A stretch of DNA of 63,966 bases, counting the filler, from Rhabdomonas costata (taxonomy: Eukaryota), in NCBI GenBank assembly GCA_019059605.1. It is 50 parts of 50 records of this genome, joined end to end, with 100 filler letters (N's around TTAATTAATTAA, not from the genome) between each part and the next. Parts side by side here need not be neighbours in the genome. Positions count along the whole stretch, not along the records: positions 58,945 to 60,125 come from JAHMHO010024733.1; positions 60,226 to 61,406 come from JAHMHO010024734.1; positions 61,507 to 62,686 come from JAHMHO010024735.1; positions 62,787 to 63,966 come from JAHMHO010024736.1; 46 more parts are not named here. One strand, 5' to 3'. The position numbers and the translations under genes are program-made. Of the stretch, positions 58,981 to 63,966 are shown piece after piece (the stretch's first letter is position 1; each line of letters opens with the position of its first letter). The notes under the pieces were generated by a model. That model was not told the DNA's origin, did not search any database, and worked only from the letters and a program-made list of their open reading frames with translations.

Positions 58981-60023
58981 GGTAGTTGTGGAGTGGGGGG
59001 TGTGGTACACGAGCCACGCGCTGCCTTTGGGCGCGGGGATGGCGGTGAAGGAGCTGTGCTCCGGGGTGTTTCTCTCGGGGCGTAGCCCGGCAGATGTGGT
59101 GGGCTCCGATGTGGCTCCGAGGAATCTCTTGGTGCCCCTGATGGGCCTGGACGTGGACCGCCCCCGGAGGCACGTCTCCGCGGTGACCTTGAGCCTGAAG
59201 TCTCGGGTAGCCGAAAGGAGAGAAGGGGGGGGGAGCAGAGATCCCTATTCTTGAGTTCGGGTAATGCTGAGAGCAGACTCAAAAGAAGATTTGATTTGTT
59301 CAGGGTATTTCCTTGCCCCTCAAAAATAGGAAGAGGACGCAGCAAGTCAGCCGTGGTAGGTGAACCCCGGAAGTTGGATTTAAATAATATGTGTTGGCTC
59401 TTGCACAGGCGGTTTTTCGGGAGGGGCTGGGCTGCACCCTGTTAGTCGGGGGCACCACGGAAGAGCACTTGTGCAACCAGAAGCTGTACTCCAGCCGCCT
59501 TCGCCACCGCACAGACTTCAGCCCGCCTTCCAGGTTTCCCCTCCATCTGCCGTGCCTGCCTTCTTCCCTTTCCTTATGCACCATGGAATCGAGGAAAGGA
59601 CACCTCAATGTCTGGCTGCCACCGTCTGCCTCAAGTTGCTGAAGCCAATGGAACTCCTGCTCTATATTGTACCCCCTCGGGTTCGCAAAACTGAGAAGCC
59701 ATTACCAGCGACCAACGTCCATCCTCCTTCTCCCTTGACTCCACAGGGCAGAGTTGTGGCCCGAGGGGGAGAGTGAGGCTGTCGGGCTTCCTGTCGACGG
59801 CTCCGTGGACCCTGCCGTGGTCACTTCTGTGAATCAGCGGCTGCAAGCGATGGCCCGGGCCTGGCTGGGGCCACGCAGCGAGCTGGGGCCCTCAGCAGGT
59901 CGCCAGAGCTTCTCTCGGACAAGACAGACCCGCGCCGTGCTAGTCGCTCACCGTGGGAGGCTTATCGCGGAGCAGTACGTCGAGGGATTCACCCGCTTCA
60001 CTTCTGTGGCTGGGGGATCGATG
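58981..60023 (+). CDS. Beta-lactamase-family (class C-like) serine hydrolase, three exons (58981-59206, 59409-59533, 59747-60023)
   Basis: Spliced translation GMAVKELCSGVFLSGRS...DVDR...|AVFREGLGCTL...|...LWPEG...QTRAVLVAHRGRLIAEQYVEGF...GGSM ends at the first residues of the expected SxxK motif. GT-AG introns are in phase. Confidence 0.82.
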
Positions 60024-63000
60024 GTTTGCGCTTTCTTCACTCAGGGTTCTTTCTTTTTTTTTGGCGAAAAACGCACAAAAACGTGAAAAAAAAATAAAGA
60101 TTGGAAAGAGTATCGAAAACCACCCNNNNNNNNNNNNNNNNNNNNNNNNNNNNNNNNNNNNNNNNNNNNTTAATTAATTAANNNNNNNNNNNNNNNNNNN
60201 NNNNNNNNNNNNNNNNNNNNNNNNNTGTGTTGGGTGTGGGTGGGTGTGGGGGTAAAAGGATCACCATATTTTGGGTCGCTTTCTTTTCCCTTTTTTTTTT
60301 CACGTTTTTCTTCTGTTTCTAGACCCTTTTGCTCCCAAACCACATACCGAGGAAACGGATAAGCTGTATGTTTTAAGCTGTCGGAATTCTTTTCGCCAGC
60401 TGTAGTACTGATGCCGAGACCGTTGGATGGTTCCATTCCCCATTCCATTCTAGAGAGAGAGGTGCTTTCTTCTGCCCTGCAGGCTGAGGTCTCCGCCACA
60501 GTCAGCGCCTCTGGGACGTACACAGTGTGCCTGAACCGCGGTGCCACGGTGTGGGTGTCCATGACGACCTTGCAGGCAGCCGCCGCCGGACCTTTCCTGA
60601 GCTTTGCCTTGCCCTCACCCCTGATCCAGGTGCCGTTCACCCTCCGGCGTGCTTCGCTCTTGTGAAGGACTCTTGTGAAGTAGTTGGGAAGGGTTCCGGT
60701 AGGGCCCGGCACCAGCCGCACCATCTGCTGGGGAATTGGAGGCCGGGCGCAATGCCAATCTCACTCTCACACGACACACCACCCCCGGGCCGACCCCCAA
60801 GTCCACCCAGCACACCGTCCATCACCCCATTGTACCTCAACTTACACCCTTGCTCCGCCCGCAGCTGCGAGCACCGCTGTGCAGTTGTTTGTTTGCCGGC
60901 ACCGCTGTGGCTTCCCATTTTTGCGGGCATGCCTTTTAGGGTTAATACAATGGAGTGGAAAAAATCCTGTCTCCCGAACGCTGGTATAAAAAACTGCGAA
61001 AGATGAAATATTGTGATGGTTCAGGCGAAGCTGACGCTCAGGTTGTGATTGGTATGATTGGGTGCAATGGGTGGCTCTTATCTACTATGAGGGGGTTCAT
61101 TCTGCAAGGGTTTTCCTGTTGTCTTTCTTCTTCGAGCGTCTTGTGCCTCCAGCCTATTCATTCAATCCAAACTGATTCTAACCAAAACTCGAAGAATGCC
61201 AAGAAATTTCGATATCAAAAGTATCACAAAATTTTGAAAACATTTCGAAATAACAACGGTTCGGCCCATGCGGAGTATACGGAGGCCATACAGACACGCA
61301 CTGGACACCACCCGATCTTAGGTGCTGCGCTGGGAGGGCCCTGCTCAGAAATAATGTTCGTTGGGTCGTTCCCAAGGGAGGGCCAACCACAGCATAATTT
61401 GCGAAANNNNNNNNNNNNNNNNNNNNNNNNNNNNNNNNNNNNNNNNNNNNTTAATTAATTAANNNNNNNNNNNNNNNNNNNNNNNNNNNNNNNNNNNNNN
61501 NNNNNNTGTGGGTGGTATGACCGTGTATTTGTAGAGCAGCCTTGTTACTCGGCAGACACCGACGGTGGTTTCTGTTCTGCTCTCATGCCATTTGCTTTTT
61601 TTTTCTGCGCTGCGGCTTCTCCCTAAGCTGCTCGATATGTTCTATTTTCGGGTGTGGAGAGCGAATGAAACGATCTGCAAGGGATGCACGATTGCAAGTG
61701 TGAAACCACGTGAGCGCACGGGCACGTGAACGGGACGGCAAGAAACCATCGCGGGGTCGACTGGTGCAGGCATGCCTTAAGGCACATTCGCACGCATCGA
61801 CCAACATCCAGCAAAAGGAAAGTAACCGCGCGAACGTACGATGCTGTTTTTAGAAATGCATAGGTCCACTCACCGTGTCCGATATGGAGACCCAGGGAAA
61901 GCAACCGCAACTTGATTGAATAAGTAACTACAAAAATATTCACGTGCTGAAATGTCTGAAATTTTTGCATCTCACAGTGTGATCACACACAGACAATTTT
62001 TTTTTGTTGCACAACCAGCATTTTGGAGCTGACACGCCCGTGAAAGGGTTGCGGCGCTAAAAAAGCGCCTCTAACACCCCACTTCTCGACTTTGCAAAAC
62101 CTCACTGGCCTTCATTAGAGCCGTGGGGAAGGTGCGGTGGGACCTGCAATAGCAGGCGCACGCCAGCAGCTGAGCTCGCAGCACGGTGACGCAAATAACT
62201 GCGGTAGCGCCAACGTCGTAGACCGCAGGCTGACTGGTTGGAAGCAGAACCTTTTGTATAAACGAAGTTGAAAGTCGAACACAGAACGACTCACACGCAA
62301 GCGGCAGGCGGCAAAACGTATTGAGACAATGCGGCAGAACATCTGCGATGTACAACCCGATCTTAGCAGCCCGATCAGTTCGTTCTCCAGCTTTCTGAAA
62401 CCCCGATGAACGGCCGTCCGGCACACCGCAGATTGGCGATGAAGGCACGAAGCCGAGTACACAACATGGCAAGCTGGCACACCTGAACAATCACGGGAAC
62501 CTTCGGATTGTACTGCGTGTGAGAAGGGATAAGAAAAAAGAAAAAACTTACTAGTGACAGCAGCGGTTCAAACGGTACGAGTCACACAGAATTCTTGAGC
62601 GTATGCAAAAGGGAAAAAGCCTACTGCAACAGTTGCAAAGCAACACAAAAAGTGCTCCAACCAGTGACTGGTATGAAACAAAAACANNNNNNNNNNNNNN
62701 NNNNNNNNNNNNNNNNNNNNNNNNNNNNNNTTAATTAATTAANNNNNNNNNNNNNNNNNNNNNNNNNNNNNNNNNNNNNNNNNNNNTTTGTGTGTGGACG
62801 TGACATTGCCTCCCTTCTGTGTCTTTGTTTTTTTGCCGTTGTGACATTGTTCCTGCTGACGCGCCTGTGAATAGTGTGCCCTGCAATTGGCGTTGCCTTC
62901 GCCAGTTCTTGTCTTCGCAGTTTCGCGTGTGGGGTTGGTGTAGGGAAGAATTTTAACACATAAGGGGAACTGATGCCCCGCAACTACGTGAATTGACTCT

Positions 63001-63617
63001 CCGCGATTGTATTCCTGAGTTTGAGTCTGCAGCCGCGGTAGCAGATGTTAGCCATCGCCTCAGCATCTCAGAACCAGCTGTGGGTGTGGGTGGAATGTTA
63101 CCCTTCTGCAGTGATGTTGTTTGTTTGTGCCTGCTCTACATCGGTTTTCCTATTAGACTTGCTGCGCTGAGAAGGAAGGTTTGTTTCAGGAAGGTGGGTA
63201 CCTTATCTGATTCCTATCTTATTCCAGAAAGGCCAGGGGCGTTTGAAAAGCATTGTAAAAACCTCCAGTTTGGAATTCGGAACAATGCCTGCAACGTGCG
63301 ACAACGTTCAGTTTGTGTTCACTTGTTTTTCTTTCTCCCGTAGCTTTAAGGCCGAGGTGGATAAGGAAGTAGACGGTTCCGTAGAGCGAAATTCTTTTAC
63401 TTTTATTAATACCGGATACCTGAAACTGGATTATATTAGCAGAAGGCTTGTGTTGCGGGATCACGAGGATTTTCCCTTTGACAGCCCGTGCTTTTCGATC
63501 TGTGCTCTCCATTTTTTGTGTGTTTTCTATCTCTTTTTCGCATTGTTCTTTATGTGTATGCTGTAGTAACAGAAGGAAAGATAATTCACGAGAGCGTGGT
63601 CTGTGTGTGCACGGGAG

Positions 63618-63834
63618 ATGGCGCCGCCAAGCAAGGGACCTACCTCCTCTGCCTCGGGCCCCCCCGCGAAACCTGAGGATGGCCAGGCCGCAGCCGCGAG
63701 CGCGCCTCCCCGGGCGGGATTCCAAGAGCTGGTGATGCTGGCCCCCCTGAAGCTGCGGGTGTACATTGTGGTGGCCTGCCTGATGGCCATCGGGTCGGGG
63801 CTGGGGATGCCGATCTTTATGATCCTCTTCATGG
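63618..63834 (+). CDS. ABCB (MDR/P-glycoprotein-like) transporter, probable first exon
   Basis: MAPPSK...GFQELVMLAPLKLRVYIVVACLMAIGSGLGMPIFMILFM|GT resembles the ABCB1 elbow helix plus TM1 (AI..G...P.F.I.F). It is not in the ORF track. Confidence 0.7.
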
Positions 63835-63966
63835 GTCCTCAGCACGCCCCAACACGCAGCACATCTTTTTCTATCTTGTTGCTCTTCTCTCCTTTCTTCT
63901 TTGCTTCTTTTTTTGTTAAACTATTTCTTCATTGGCAATTCCTCCGTAGAAAAGCCCAAAACCCCC

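Overview
This window is not one locus. It is about 50 unrelated short contigs of roughly 1,173-1,182 bp, apparently sorted by length and joined by an artificial 100-nt spacer (N44-TTAATTAATTAA-N44). Many contig ends carry G/T-only or A/C-only tails and fold-back or duplicated sequence, which points to whole-genome amplification. The DNA is from an intron-rich eukaryote; the gene set suggests a protist, possibly a euglenid or other euglenozoan (inference). By translating across splice sites by eye I recognise exons of class II fructose-bisphosphate aldolase, NSUN2/Trm4, Rpn2, an IGHMBP2-like helicase, an IP3R/RyR channel, N6AMT1/HemK2, TBC1D23-like, syntaxin-5, an ABCB transporter and an Avt3/4-like transporter. 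Several bacterial-type genes carry spliceosomal introns (aconitase B, a BMP-family ligand-binding domain, a beta-lactamase-family hydrolase). Intronless segments include a TAP-like peptidase, a modular type I PKS (KR-ACP-KS), a conserved WD40 array and a frameshifted Rickettsiales-like gltP. Mobile DNA includes two Ty3/Gypsy fragments and two independently, internally deleted Merlin/IS1595-like transposase relics. The most notable signals are the Merlin relics, the atypical 5' splice sites (invariant exon -1 G, almost no +4 A, GC donors) and the mix of old and recent bacterial gene acquisitions. No multi-gene system can be inferred because neighbouring contigs are unlinked. All family calls come from remembered motifs, not database searches.
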